Notes: generated from the sequence alone by a model not told the origin. DNA of 63,979 nucleotides, filler included, from Reticulomyxa filosa (GCA_000512085.1; 21 parts of 21 records of this genome joined end to end with filler, not necessarily neighbours in it); one strand, 5' to 3'; positions 26,240-38,912 are shown, counted from the first letter of the whole stretch. A program made the numbers and translations.

Positions 26240-28968
26240 TCAAGGCCAGGCCCTCCTGGTCATCCCATCCACTTTGATGTTTTGCGATTTGTGTACAAAC
26301 TTTGTAATAATTTGCATTGCAGACTTCAATCTTCTTGCTACATATTCACCACCGAATAGTCGTAATGTCTTGGAGTGTATTTGACTTTTTTTTTATTGAT
26401 GGTGAAAGAACAACAAAGTGCGGTTTGAAAGCTGTAAATGAAAAAGTGATACATAGATTGTGTAATGTGCGAAATTTGATTTTTTTAATAAAAACATTGA
26501 TGATTCGAATCACAGTGTTTTATAAATTAAAAATTAAGTCAATAAATGAGAATATGTTCCATACAAACAATTGGCTCTTAATTCGTTAAGAGCATTTACG
26601 ATATTGCTCGTTTTTTGGGTAATCGATTGCAAATTTGTTTCCAATTGTTGAACTGAAATAAAAGGAATTCTCTGTTCCAGATAAATACTTTGATTAGCCT
26701 CGCTGTCTGTCAACACTAAACCGTCTTTGTTTATCCTTTTCATTAATTCAGCAGCCATTGTAACATCATTGTACGATTTTGTTTTGGATGTACTTGAGTT
26801 ATCAGGAATGATCACTAATAAACCGCTTTTTATGCATTCTTTCAAGAGAGCAGCTACAATATGCATCTTGCCGATATCGTGATAATGCCAGTGCCGAAGT
26901 GCAGCCTCTAATGTATCTTCAAGCAACAGCAACACTACGATGGGTTGGCTGGTCATTTTTAATCCCATTTTTTGATTTTTTTGCTAATCCAATCAGATGG
27001 GACAATGGTTGCTGTTTTGTTTGTTTTTTCCATAAAAGGAAAGCAATCGATCAAATAAAACAAAAGTAACGACAAAGAAATGTTACCACAGAAACTTCAG
27101 ATGATAAAGCAGACGTTTTAGTTGTAGTTGATTGTTTACGTGTATCTGACATATCAGAGAAAAGTTGGGATAATTCGTGTTGGTGATCCCATTGTTTCAG
27201 TGTTAGTTCATTATAGGCCCATTGAGCTAGTTCCTGGCAGACAGCCTCGCTAATGGGTCTAAGCGGAATGAACGGTTGCGCTTGTTTTTGCTGGTATTTC
27301 TCAAGGAGTTTTTTATTGATTGTCATGATTTGTGATTTCCAGACTTCCAAACCCATATTTTTTTCTGTGCAGCGAAGGAAGTATCGTTTCAGTGTCAATT
27401 GATACCAATATATTAATTCTTGCTCTTCTGCATCAAAAATGGAGTTTTCATTAATCGCTTGTTTGGCCGCGCTACAACATTCATATACGCATATACACAT
27501 ATACATATATGAATATATATATGTATATATCATATAATTCACATATGTATAACTTATGATGGTACTCATCCAATGCACTGACCAGAGCATCTCTTTTGTC
27601 GAGACTCAATTGTGACTGCATTTTAAATGTGTCTAGAATGTTATCCAAAGCCTTTTTCCACGTGCTTTGCGTCGTGGGCACAGTCTTGGCGGCGCAAAAA
27701 GTATACACGTAAAGGGTCCGGACGATATGAGTAAATGAAGGACCGTGTTGTGGTTCGTCGAGTATGCTGGACTGTATTTGCCACAGTCTATGGAATGCCG
27801 TTTGATCGACACAAAGCCAGTAGGTATGTTGTCCCTTGGATAGAACGTGTTTGGCATGCTTGAGATTGTCATCTAGCTCCAACAAGCTGCGTTTGATATC
27901 TGCCCATTGTTGATTCCATTCCAAGTTGGCCGTATTCGTAACCGTTATTGTGGCTGTGTCTGTCTTGTGATCCTCCACGTCTCCATGCGTAAGTGGAACC
28001 TTGCTATCTTCATCGTGTTTGACCACTGTTGTTTTATAGCCTGAAATCGCTGTATCAGTGATATTTTTAGTAGCAGCAGTGGTCATGGAAGAAGCTGCTG
28101 CAACTGATACTTGCTGTGGGAACAAAGGTTTTGAACTTACATTAGTCTCGGTTACAGTGTTATTTGCACTTGCGTTTGTATTTGCAGTTGTATCCATATC
28201 CGCATTGGATTGGACATCACTATTATGTTGAGCCAGACTCGAGGCGGCAGAAGTAACACCAAAAAGAAACGGTCTCGATATTTTGGCTTTTGCCTGTTTG
28301 TTCAAATCGGCGACGACGAGTGACTCAATGTGAGCACTCCATTGACGACGATGTTGCGGCGAGCAGCCAAACAAGTGTACCGAGGGCAGTTTGGAGAGGT
28401 CAATATCAGGGTTGTGATCACGAGGATTAAAATCAAGACCAGGAAGAAAGCGTTCCACAATGGCGCAATAGCGGTCGGAGCACACATGCAATCCCGAGTT
28501 TAAGTATTCGTAGTTAACTCCAAAGCACACATAACATTGATCCAAATCGTAACACAGCTCGTCTTTCCAAATCTCTTCGCTGTGCGCACCGTTTTTGCTA
28601 TTTTCTTGAAAGTAGATCACCAATGGACAACAGTTGGATACATGTGGATACGACGAACTCGCCGTCGTTTTCCAATAGCCCTCCACAATCGACGTAGGCA
28701 GATACATCGGCAACACGAGCGATTGTGTTGGCGTTTGTCGATGCAAATGTTCCAATTTGTCCAAGCAATCAAAAAACATCTCCGGAGAGTCATTGAATCG
28801 GCTCTTATACTTCAACCCCATTAATGTATTTGATGTATGCTTATCTTCATGCTTTGATGCTCTTCCATTTTTTTCACATTCCATTTCGTGTTGTTTATGC
28901 TTCGCAACAATTGCTTCACTCCTTTGTTCGTCACTGCACTCTCGTTTACATTTAATCGGTGAAGCCAC
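26240..28968 (-). CDS. Hypothetical multi-exon protein
   Basis: Same-strand ORFs 27481..28968, 27051..27590 and 26534..26968, plus a last exon, separated by AT/(AT)n introns. No recognised domain. Confidence 0.6.
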
Positions 28969-29134
28969 ACTCTCTTATGATTTATCAAGTCGCTCAAATA
29001 GGTTACATCTTTTTTTTTTTTTTTTTTTTAATTGNNNNNNNNNNNNNNNNNNNNNNNNNNNNNNNNNNNNNNNNNNNNTTAATTAATTAANNNNNNNNNN
29101 NNNNNNNNNNNNNNNNNNNNNNNNNNNNNNNNNN

Positions 29135-29553
29135 AAAAACTCTGAGTCAAAAAAAAAAAAAAAAAAATTGGAGGACTTCAAAACTTTGGAAGTTTTCAAA
29201 AAGTGAATGATGCGATTCAAAATATTCTCTTTAAACAATGGTTTGTGCAAGTGGCGATTTAACGATATAAATGCCAATGTTTGCAACGCGTGTGATTGCA
29301 GTGTTTCATCTTCACAGTTTGCAAAGCCCAGTATTCTGGGGATATAATTTTTGAATGCAATCATTCCTGTCAGTTCCACATACAAATCATCACTTTTTTT
29401 TTTTTGGAATATATTAAATATTTCGTGAACCAAACCGTCTGTTCGTTTGTGCGTGTATAATGTTTGTGCTATGTGTAAATAATGCTCGGAAGCCTCTTGT
29501 TGTGGCATATCGTTCCCACACGACAAGATCTCCAGTTCTTCATCATAGGACAT
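29135..29553 (-). CDS. ARM/HEAT-like helical protein, 5' fragment
   Basis: IPRILGFANCEDETLQSHALQTLAFISLN...ILNRIIHFL resembles an armadillo repeat. Cut by the contig end. Confidence 0.5.
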
Positions 29554-30088
29554 TACAATATTTTGAAATTTTATTAGAGTTTCACAGAAAAAGAGGTTTT
29601 GCGTTCAAAAGTTCCTCGAAGCTGAAACTGTGAATTTTGGTTTATTGTTTCTTCTCTTTGCTAAGAAATCCAAAAAGAGGGATTAAACAAAATTTATTTT
29701 TGATACCCGCGTGTAAAAATTTTCAGAAATATTTTGAAGAACTATGTTTACCATGCTTTTTTGTTTCTTTATACTTTCCACTATTTTTCCAGAGAACAAA
29801 ACCACAAAAAAAATTTTACGACCAGAGTCCAAAAAAAAACCAAGCTGGGACACCGTTTCTACGTCCAGAACAAAAAGTGTGAGTTATTTTCCCTTTTTTT
29901 TTTTTTTTTTTTTGTGGATGACAACTCATTAGGCATCATACAATAATGTTCAAAATTGTTTTTAGCCTTGTTTCCAAAATTTTGTATATTAGCCTTCTTT
30001 TGAGAGCGCTTTGTCAGAGTTATAAAATCCATTTTCAAGAAAAGGAGTACTTGGGAACAAAAAAAAAAAAAGGGGGTAAAACACCGAA

Positions 30089-30910
30089 ATGAAACCAAGC
30101 AAAATGAAACACACACTGAAAAAAAAAAAATAGCGAACGGATTAGCAACAACAGATGTTCTAACAACAACGACGTTCGACGCATTGACGACGACGACAGA
30201 TAACATAGAATTGACGACGACAACAACGACAAACACGGCGACGACGAAATGGTATACGACGAATCCGTTGATAGTGCAGATGTTAGAAGCAGCAATGAAT
30301 TACACGTACGATTTACCGGAAAATGTATACGAATGGAATCTGACACGCATCGAAATTGCGGTATCAACACATAACCCAACATTTTGGACCATGTTAAATC
30401 CATGTTTGTTGGTAGTGTCTTTGCCGGCGGACGTATTGTCGCAATTGCCAGTGCAAATGCTGATTTACTATCATTTGTGTTACCTGATCCCCAAAACCAA
30501 CACAACATCGACACCTTCCAATGTGACATGTGTGCCGCAGGATCCATGTGCAATCGATTATTGCGTGAAGCCATTACAAACGAGCAAGTTTCAGCCCAAT
30601 CTGATTAGCAAATATGGACAGCAAGACGTGTCGAAAAATTCCAATGATAACGCTTCTATCCCCGGCGTCGAAATGCACACCAATCTTTCCCAGTGTGGCT
30701 TGCGCTGCGACCAAGGATGGCAGTTGCTTGGCATCACGCCCAAACACCAAGTCGGCATTGACGTCGCCAAAATCATCTGCTTGGCCTTGTCCATTTGCGG
30801 CTTGCTGTTTCTCTTTTATAACCAATACCACGACCAAATCAACAGCAATGAAACTTTTGGAAAAAAGTCTTTGCTTTATCAATTGCCGTATTTCATTACT
30901 TTGGCTGTCT
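30089..30910 (+). CDS. Membrane receptor N-terminal fragment, Frizzled/Smoothened-like
   Basis: Thr-rich stalk, Cys-rich region, linker CVKPL...QCGLRC, then TM1 (IICLALSICGLLFLF) and the start of TM2. Start codon uncertain. Confidence 0.4.
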
Positions 30911-31397
30911 TTGTCTTGTTTTGTTTTTTTTTTTAATAAAAAAAAAAAAAAAATTTATATCTTTGTTACAATTAAAAAAAAATCTACGTATTTAAAAATT
31001 GTATATACGTATAAACATATTGTATGTTTTTTTTTTTTTTTTTAATTATTGTTGCAACAACTTTTTGTTCCCCCCTTTTTTTTCCCTCCCCCTTCGCGCC
31101 TGCCTCCCTCTCGCTAAATTGTGGGTCTTTGCCACGCTAGAGTTTTTTTCTTCATTTGAAAGAGTTTTTTTTTTTTTTATCTCCTCCTCTTTTGTTTCTC
31201 TTTGAACGTCGATAACATATAGTTTAAAAAAAAAAAAAAAAAANNNNNNNNNNNNNNNNNNNNNNNNNNNNNNNNNNNNNNNNNNNNTTAATTAATTAAN
31301 NNNNNNNNNNNNNNNNNNNNNNNNNNNNNNNNNNNNNNNNNNNAAAAACTGTTGCTACGTCGAATATGTTTAAAAAAAATAAAAGCTCTTTATAGAA

Positions 31398-31615
31398 TGC
31401 GGGACTCTGCTGATAGTATTGGTGCACTAACTGTAATACGAGAGGTGTTTACTTAGAAGAGAATCGGAGTTTCGTAAAACGAAAGTAATTTAAATAATAA
31501 AACAAAATAACAAAAGAAAAGTAAGTAAAAAGTAGATTGTTGAGGAAGTTTAACGTACTGGGGATTCCTCCGTTCCCTTAACGTTCAAAAACTTATAATA
31601 GGAACTTGCCCTACA
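31398..31615. mobile_element. Solo-LTR-like element, copy A (TSD AGAA)
   Basis: AGAA|TGCGGGAC...GCCCTACA|AGAA; homologous to 49952-50181. Confidence 0.8.
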
Positions 31616-34600
31616 AGAATAACATTCAATATATTGTACAATTTGTTTACTCGTTTGTGTGTATGAAATTTATATATTAGTCATTTAAGGCAGGCATTTG
31701 AATATCAAATGTCAATGTTTTTATGATGAAATACTAGCTCCGAATTGATTTTATGCTTTCGATTGCTTTGATATTCTGAAAACAAAGACATAGTATTCAA
31801 TTGTTGAGTGTTAGAATTGAGTAACGGTACACAAAACTCTTTTTAAACATAACATCGATTGTCTAACTTCAACTTGAAAAGACGATGAAGAGGAGTATTG
31901 GACTTTAAGTTTTCTGTTTTTAATTTTTTGTTTTTGTTGAAGATTGTTGAAATGAAAAAATTTTTATTTAACTCTTAATTTTTTTTATCACTTTGAAGTA
32001 ATTTTATCTTAGAAACAGCTTTAAACATTTTAATTTCTAAAAAAATTATGTTTGATTTAAAAAAGACCTTTCAATCAAACACAGATCGACTAATTAAATT
32101 ATGAAATTTTACCTTTATTTGGAAAACTTTTTGCAAGAGTTATGGAGAATGTACTATAAAATATTATAGAATGTAATAAAGGCTTGCGTTGTTTTACAAA
32201 TTTAATTATTTTTATTTTATTTAATATTTCATCTCATTATCCAAATTGCTATGTAACGTTTAAGTGTTTTGTTATGTTTTTTTTACATATTTCCTAAATA
32301 ATTAATAAATCAGAGACAAAAGGATTATTTGATTTGAAAGTATCAATAGGAAGTTATTGTTGTAAGTAAGTTATTGCATTTTTCAAAATTTTGATTTACT
32401 TATAATATATTCTATTTTCCAGTTTGAAATTATTGTCATTATTTAATGTTGAAATAAACCAAACAACAGCAGTGTGACAAGGAATGAAGTTCCAAATTAT
32501 GCTCTTATTCAATGATGTCTGTCTAAGATCAGTTGTAAAATCAAAAAACTAGAATTATTCTCAACAAGATGCACCTTTAAGATATTTGAAAGTTAATTTA
32601 ATGTTGTGCGCAATTCATACTTTGCTTATAATACCATTGTAGAAACAAAACAATTGACAGAAAAGGGTTGAACATAGAATAGTACAACAAAAAAGCTAAG
32701 TTCATAATTTGTGTTTATGTAAAAAAAGTAAGAAAAAAGAAAAAAAATTCCAGTCATTCAATAAATAATTTTAAAAATGATGTGCATTCAAATTACCAAT
32801 TTTCTATAATTTTGCATAAAACAAAAAAAATTCTGTTGTTTTAATATTTTACAAATCTCACACATTAAAATTTTGAACACCTAAAATACCATCATATGAA
32901 TATTTTTATTGTGTTTGCTTTTAAAGACTAAAATTTAAATCATTTTTAAAATAAAATTGTGTCATAATAAACTACATTTATCTCTTTTTTATCTTTAAGT
33001 ACTTTAGAAAATGTTGATTTTGATTTATCATTGAAACACACAAATGTGGAGAAAATTAAATCGTATTTGTTTTTAAATAATCAAATTTTGTTGAAATGAA
33101 AATATTTAAATTTAAGAGAAGGGGGAAATACAACATAATGATATCATTAGTAAAATAAAAATGTTACAAGAAGCGTTGAACAACATTAAATGTAAAATCA
33201 TGAGTAAATCGTTTATCAGCAATAACAAGTGCAAGAGAAAGATAAAACTATATAATAAAGTACAATAAAAAAGAAAAAAACGTTAGCACATTTTTGTTTA
33301 TAATAATGAATGGTAATGACTGTATCTTGTAGAAAATTATCTAAAAGACATAGTAGAGATTGACAATCACCAGTATGCTTTGCTTAAATTACTACAAAAA
33401 AAGATATAATTATGTTTATAAATATGCAGATGAAGGGAAACGTCACTGTTTGTGAAGTAGCACGTGGAATACATATGTAATTTTTTGTGATTGAAAAAAT
33501 TGTCCAATGTTTTGGCCGTGTGTATTTGGCGACCTTTTTTTTGCCATTCTTGGCTGTTGTCCACTTTTTTTTTACGTATGGCAATGCTGATGATGTTGAA
33601 GAATTTTTAAAGATAGAGATTTTTGCAGAAACAGCTTTTTCTGACTGTTCAAAAGTTGAATCAAACGAGTATATTTGGATTTTTACAAAAATTTTACTAA
33701 ATATTGTTTAAAAAGTCATAACACAATTTTTTCTTCAGTTTTTATGATAGAATAGTCCGAAAATGCTACAATTTTTTTTAATAACGTTACATTTTTTAAT
33801 TTCGGATCGTGCATAAAAAAGGAATTGTGTATCGTTTTTCATTTGTGGATATCCATAAAAAAATTATTTTTCATTTCAACTTTAAAAGAAAAATTTTTTT
33901 ATTCAAATTTGTGCTGTTTAGTGATCAGTGGCTATCAAGTTCTTCCGTCAATGAAATAGCATCATAGTCAATTTATTTTAAAAAGATGTTGATGTTTAAA
34001 TGATATCAAAAGCAATATTTATAAAAATCAAATAACAATAAATTGAACATTATTATGTCAAATATTAAAATGATAAGATTTCTATTTGAAAGAATCATGT
34101 AATTGTATATATATTCAAAAGATTGTCACCATTTTGTTACGCAATACTTTTGTCATACATGTCAATAATTCTTTTTAGTTAATGTAATAAATGTTGAAAA
34201 TAAATTAATTATTATCATAAAAAATTTAAATAAAAGCATAAACAAATACTTTCAACACTGACAATTTTTTTATAATGTGATCAAATCAAAATTTTTTTAA
34301 GTTAAAAAAGTGAATTTTTATATTGATTCCCTTTCATTTTTTAACTTAAATATGCAAAAAAAACAACAACAAGTCAAGACATATTTGAATGAGATGACCA
34401 CCAGATGTCAGCATTCAAACTGCTGTATTATGGTGGAATTATATTACTTCAAGTTACAAGTATCGCTGCGCTGTTATACGTTATCAATTTTGACAAAGAT
34501 CTTACATCCGCAATGATTTGCATTACATTACTGTCGATCTTTTTCGGTTTTGTAATGTTGGCTGCTCCACTAACAAGTTATGTATATATGTTTTTTTTCA

Positions 34601-35348
34601 TTTAAATATTTTATTGTATGTTGTTTTTTTTAGGAAGGACCATTTTGGTCCGCGAAAATAGAACTGCCAACAATTCTTGCAACAACAGTTCCTGCAACAA
34701 CACTAACAACCNNNNNNNNNNNNNNNNNNNNNNNNNNNNNNNNNNNNNNNNNNNNTTAATTAATTAANNNNNNNNNNNNNNNNNNNNNNNNNNNNNNNNN
34801 NNNNNNNNNNNACTTTTTTCAGAAGTCAAGTTACTCACAAATGTCAAAAAATAAACAAAGTTTTTTTTGAGGAAAAAAAACCTTTACACAACAAAAAAAA
34901 CTTTGTCCAAGTCGCGTTTTTTCAACTCACATTCAACACACAATTTAACCTTTTTAAATAAAATATATAAACTAATCTTATTTTGAAAGTTCTAACTGAT
35001 TATTTTTTAAAAGTAGTCCACAACTTATGCTTACTGATTAAAACGTGTGCATTCATTTTAAAAACAATACAAACTAAAATGAAGAAGCAAGAAATTTGTA
35101 GAACATAGTTCACTCTTTTTTAAAAACTCTGCTTATTAGTGTATAAGAAAATAATAAAGTGCCTTGATTGAAAATAAATCATAATATTTGTATTACCTAT
35201 TCGCTGGCTTTGCTTTTTAGTGTCAAGTTTTTTTAAAAAACTGTTGTTTGATTATTTGCAACAATGGAATCTTTTTGTTTGTTGTTGTTGTATGATAATC
35301 TAATTTTAAATAATCAACAACAGCCAAAAAAAAAAAAAAGATGGATTA

Positions 35349-36376
35349 CTACAATTGTAAGTTTTCAGTAGTATTGGGGTGCGGTATGTGTTTCCATTCA
35401 ACACGAACTGCTTTAATAGTCGGAGAGACGTGTGTAATTTCTTTGATGAAACATTGATCGGAAAACATCTCTTTCAAATCAGTGTCTCCATCCATAGACT
35501 GAGGTAAAGTGATCATTAAAACAATGGACGGCGAATTCAAACGAGTATCCACCGAACCGGCGAGCGGACTGTTACTTTGAGAAGAGACGCTCTGAGTTTT
35601 GGAAGGATTAAAAGTGGGCCTCTTTTTCAAAAGATCAGCGACAGATTGACATTTTTGAGGTCTATCTAAAGCAAATTGGGCAATCAAAGGCACACCACGA
35701 TAGGTGTGCGTGGCCAATTCCCTCAACAATCGTTTGGCTGCGTCTGTGCTTGAACATTCCAAAATGACGTGGCCACGCTTTGATATGTGAATGTCCACGA
35801 TATTCCCACTGACTCTTGCCAAATTGTTTGTCCACTTATTGATCCAGTCCATCATGTCTTCACAGTCTCCTCGAAAATGCATGTGCTTCAGAATCAGTCT
35901 CTTTGCACTCTGTTCTATCATAGTCACATATATAGACATATACATATATATACGTATATATATATATATATATGTATATATATTTATATATATATTTACA
36001 TATATATTTATATAAGAGCTATTTGATAATCCATTGACAGGCTTTACATCTCCTTGCATGACACATTATCATACAAACAACTAACACAATTAAATTTTAT
36101 ATAACTTCGTCTCATGTTTTGACTTGACATTGAAATGCTGTGATATTTATTGAGTTGTGAAACTTTATTCAATTGTTCACCATTTGATCGATTTTTAAAG
36201 CTCTTTTTTTCTTTTATTTCTTTTGGCTGGACACTTTGCTTGTTCGTCGCTTCATTGTTTATTCTCGTTTTAAAATCTTTCTTTTTGCCTAGTTTTCGTG
36301 GCTTCTCGTTCACGCTATTGTCCTTGTTCAATGCTTTTTCTTCTTTTGGTTTGTATGCAGATTTTGATCTTGGCAT
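35349..36376 (-). CDS. RRM-like RNA-binding protein with basic N-terminus, multi-exon
   Basis: LILKHMHF...IVDIHISKRGHVILECSSTDAAKRLLREL...YRGVPLIAQFA fits RRM topology. (AT)n intron near 35910-36010. Confidence 0.6.
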
Positions 36377-36490
36377 ATTGCGGAAGCTTCNNNNNNNNNN
36401 NNNNNNNNNNNNNNNNNNNNNNNNNNNNNNNNNNTTAATTAATTAANNNNNNNNNNNNNNNNNNNNNNNNNNNNNNNNNNNNNNNNNNNN

Positions 36491-36584
36491 AAGGGGATGG
36501 CTGCGGCATAGCGTACGCCGGCGTTCCCAGAAACGGGATCACCAGCATCAGCAAAAAGGAAAGAACCAGCCGCAACAATTTCAT
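36491..36584 (-). CDS. Bacterial secreted/membrane protein, N-terminus only
   Basis: MKLLRLVLSFLLMLVIPFLGTPAYA-MP is a Sec-type signal peptide (A-Y-A). Similar N-termini occur in small proteobacterial metal-binding proteins. Truncated. Confidence 0.5.
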
Positions 36585-36656
36585 AGAAAGAAGTGTAGGT
36601 GAAAGAAGTGGAATAAGGGAAGTCCAAGTGTGCATCCCAGTACAGAAGAACCAGGG

Positions 36657-36992
36657 TTAGACAAAGCTCAATTGCAGCTGTGCAATGATCCAGTCCCGCT
36701 CCGCACTGGTCACATCCCACAGGCCCGATGCGATTTTTTGATCCACGCCCTTCGTTGTACGGTCGATGATAGCATCTCGCGACCATTCTGGGTGTTCAGT
36801 TGTCTTTCGTTGGCAGTAGGCTGTAAGTTGCTCGACGAGAACTGAGCAGAAGTTATATCGTTCCTGACGCTCCTCGTCGCTCCAGTCAGTGAAATAGCTA
36901 TCCCCGATTTTTCTCGCCAAAAGTTTGGGCTGTACCCCACTAACGGCACCTGTTGGACGCCGGGGGAAGTCTGTCATGTCCATGGATGTCAC
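36657..36992 (-). CDS. Small bacterial hypothetical protein with a HipA-like Gly-rich motif
   Basis: DFPRRPTGAVSGVQPKLLAR resembles the HipA S-x-[AS]-G-x-Q-x-K loop, but the kinase body is absent. True start may be ATG 36983 or 36977. Confidence 0.65.
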   Translation of the reverse strand: MTSMDMTDFPRRPTGAVSGVQPKLLARKIGDSYFTDWSDEERQERYNFCSVLVEQLTAYCQRKTTEHPEWSRDAIIDRTTKGVDQKIASGLWDVTSAERDWIIAQLQLSFV

Positions 36993-37236
36993 CTGTCAGT
37001 ACTTAAGTCCATCGTAGCGCAAGGCGGGTCGTTGCGAGTATCAGTGACAGCATGGGCAAACTTTACCCAAGTTGGTTTCGCTGAAGAGCGGAGGAAGAGC
37101 AGCAGACCCCGTCGTCAACCGGGGCAGCTGGCCAGTCACACCAGAATCTGCAGTAGCGTTTGGTGGGACGTACAAAATATGCACGTACAACCTACATTTA
37201 ACGCCGTCACGCCACCAACTCACAGAGGAGACCGCC

Positions 37237-37428
37237 ATGGCTGCAAATGAAATTGACTTAGACTATGCCCTACGCACACTGAACCAACTCGCTCTCGAAG
37301 AAGGTGATCAGGGCTATGCTTACTGGTCCAGCATCAGCAAGCTACTCCTACGAGCAGTCGATATGCAGGCAGAAATCGATCGTCTCACGCGCGAACTCGA
37401 CGCTTGCCGGGCGGCACGAGAACGCTGA
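37237..37428 (+). CDS. 63-aa bacterial hypothetical protein with C-terminal coiled coil
   Basis: GAGGAG RBS at 37225-37230, then ATG MAANEIDLDYALRTL...; followed by the terminator hairpin. Confidence 0.7.
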   Translation: MAANEIDLDYALRTLNQLALEEGDQGYAYWSSISKLLLRAVDMQAEIDRLTRELDACRAARER

Positions 37429-37461
37429 CTAACCTGTACCGGTATCGTGTCCGCAGAATGA

Positions 37462-37488
37462 CAAAGACCCCGCGTTGCGGGGTCTTTG
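37462..37488. terminator. Bidirectional intrinsic terminator
   Basis: Perfect 12-bp stem CAAAGACCCCGC-gtt-GCGGGGTCTTTG between convergent stop codons at 37428 and 37500. Confidence 0.85.
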
Positions 37489-37499
37489 CATGGTTTTGG

Positions 37500-38414
37500 T
37501 TACTGCGGAAAGCTACCGAGTAGTACCGTTGCTACGCCATTCTGGTTTTCCACCACCTTAATTGCACTTGTCTGTGCAAAGGTATGCATATATGAGTGAT
37601 GGACCGTCAGGACGAAGTCTTGGAATTGGTTGTCACTCTCTAGCCTTTCGACCTTCAACCCCATCGCAATGGCATCGTCAACATGGATATGGCGGGAGTG
37701 GGTACGCGTTTCCTGGTGGTCGGATAGTTGCGCCACAATACGAGCAGCTTTGGCTTCGCAATCAGCCTCGCCCTGCAACATGCCTGTCGCAAGCCACTTG
37801 GCCACGATCTCCTGGGACCAGATCATCGACTTTTGGCACTCACCAAGGAACGTCGGGTGATACTTGCCAATGATAACTTGCCAGAGCGGCAAGCTAGCCG
37901 GGTTTTGCTGTACCTCTGCTACCGCCTGGGCAAACTCCTGAACCACCGCGTGAGCTGGAACGCCACCATACTGCGGATCAATTGGCCCAATGTTGGACTG
38001 TTTACCCATCACAATGGATTGGCATGCACAAGAAATCATGGTCCCAGCAGACATCGCGATCTGAGGAATGATTGCGCGGATGTCTGTCCCAAACATGCTG
38101 CGCAAGTAGTCAACAATTGACTCAGTTGCCGCGATATCGCCACCAGGTGTATGAAGAATCAGGTCAAGACCCTTAGTGCGATCCAATCCATGGACCACCG
38201 CCATCAGCGCGTTTTTGTCATCATCGCCAATAGTTACACCTTGGATGTTCGGCGGACGCTGTAGCCAACCCGAGTAGTAGGCAATGACATTACGCCCCGT
38301 CAACTCCGAGAGCGCAGCCAAGTATCGACGCCTTACAATGTCAACAGCGGGCTGGTTAGCAGCCCGCTGTTGCTCCTGCAATATCTCACCTAAAACCTGA
38401 TTCCAATTTGGCAT
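37500..38414 (-). CDS. SDH-family ClpP-fold serine protease (S49/ClpP-crotonase clan)
   Basis: GRNVIAYYSGWLQ, LDLILHTPGGDIAATESIVDYLRSMF, AMSAGT (nucleophile Ser), SNIGPIDPQ (Asp) and HSRHI (His). Intronless with bacterial composition. Confidence 0.9.
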   Translation of the reverse strand: MPNWNQVLGEILQEQQRAANQPAVDIVRRRYLAALSELTGRNVIAYYSGWLQRPPNIQGVTIGDDDKNALMAVVHGLDRTKGLDLILHTPGGDIAATESIVDYLRSMFGTDIRAIIPQIAMSAGTMISCACQSIVMGKQSNIGPIDPQYGGVPAHAVVQEFAQAVAEVQQNPASLPLWQVIIGKYHPTFLGECQKSMIWSQEIVAKWLATGMLQGEADCEAKAARIVAQLSDHQETRTHSRHIHVDDAIAMGLKVERLESDNQFQDFVLTVHHSYMHTFAQTSAIKVVENQNGVATVLLGSFPQ

Positions 38415-38420
38415 AAGCAG

Positions 38421-38633
38421 TTATCGGATGTGAACCTTTTGAGAGCTGTCCGAATAGGAGATTGGGACACTGTAGTCAATTGCAGAGTAAATCTGGAAGT
38501 GTCCAGTTGCACTTGCAGCCCGAACAGCTGACTGGTTCGGTGTGAAGTAGCTATTGTAGAGCGCCTCAAGACGCTCAGGTTGGCTATGGCCCAGCGCCAC
38601 AGCCACGTCTGTCGTGCCAAGGTTCGCGGACAT
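38421..38633 (-). CDS. 70-aa hypothetical protein, first gene of a two-gene operon with the SDH protease
   Basis: SD-like GGAGAA upstream of the ATG; the stop lies 6 nt before the protease ATG on the same strand. Confidence 0.65.
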   Translation of the reverse strand: MSANLGTTDVAVALGHSQPERLEALYNSYFTPNQSAVRAASATGHFQIYSAIDYSVPISYSDSSQKVHIR

Positions 38634-38912
38634 GATGCTTCTCCAAATATGTTATTGGCATTGTGGATGGATGAACGAGAGGCACGTGCATTGTGCAGTG
38701 CCTAATTTTGCCCCCATCACACTAGGGTAATTGTTGTATTGCGATAGTAGTACAAGCCATACCCCAATGCACACCTTTTCCCTTGTTTTCCTTGATTTTC
38801 AGCATTTTCGCAACCACGCTGAACCTGTCAAACAGGGGCAAACACTACCGCTAGCACTAACAAATAACGACATTCCGAGCCAAAACTTAACCCCACGCTA
38901 AAGAGAGCCGTA

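Noticed and set aside
31620-34711. Short hydrophobic ORFs in an AT-rich contig (33487, 34405)
   Set aside because: They could be small exons, but no coherent gene model or family is supportable.
37562-38120. Overlapping plus-strand ORFs within the protease gene
   Set aside because: Antisense shadows expected at higher GC, with no RBS or recognisable motif.
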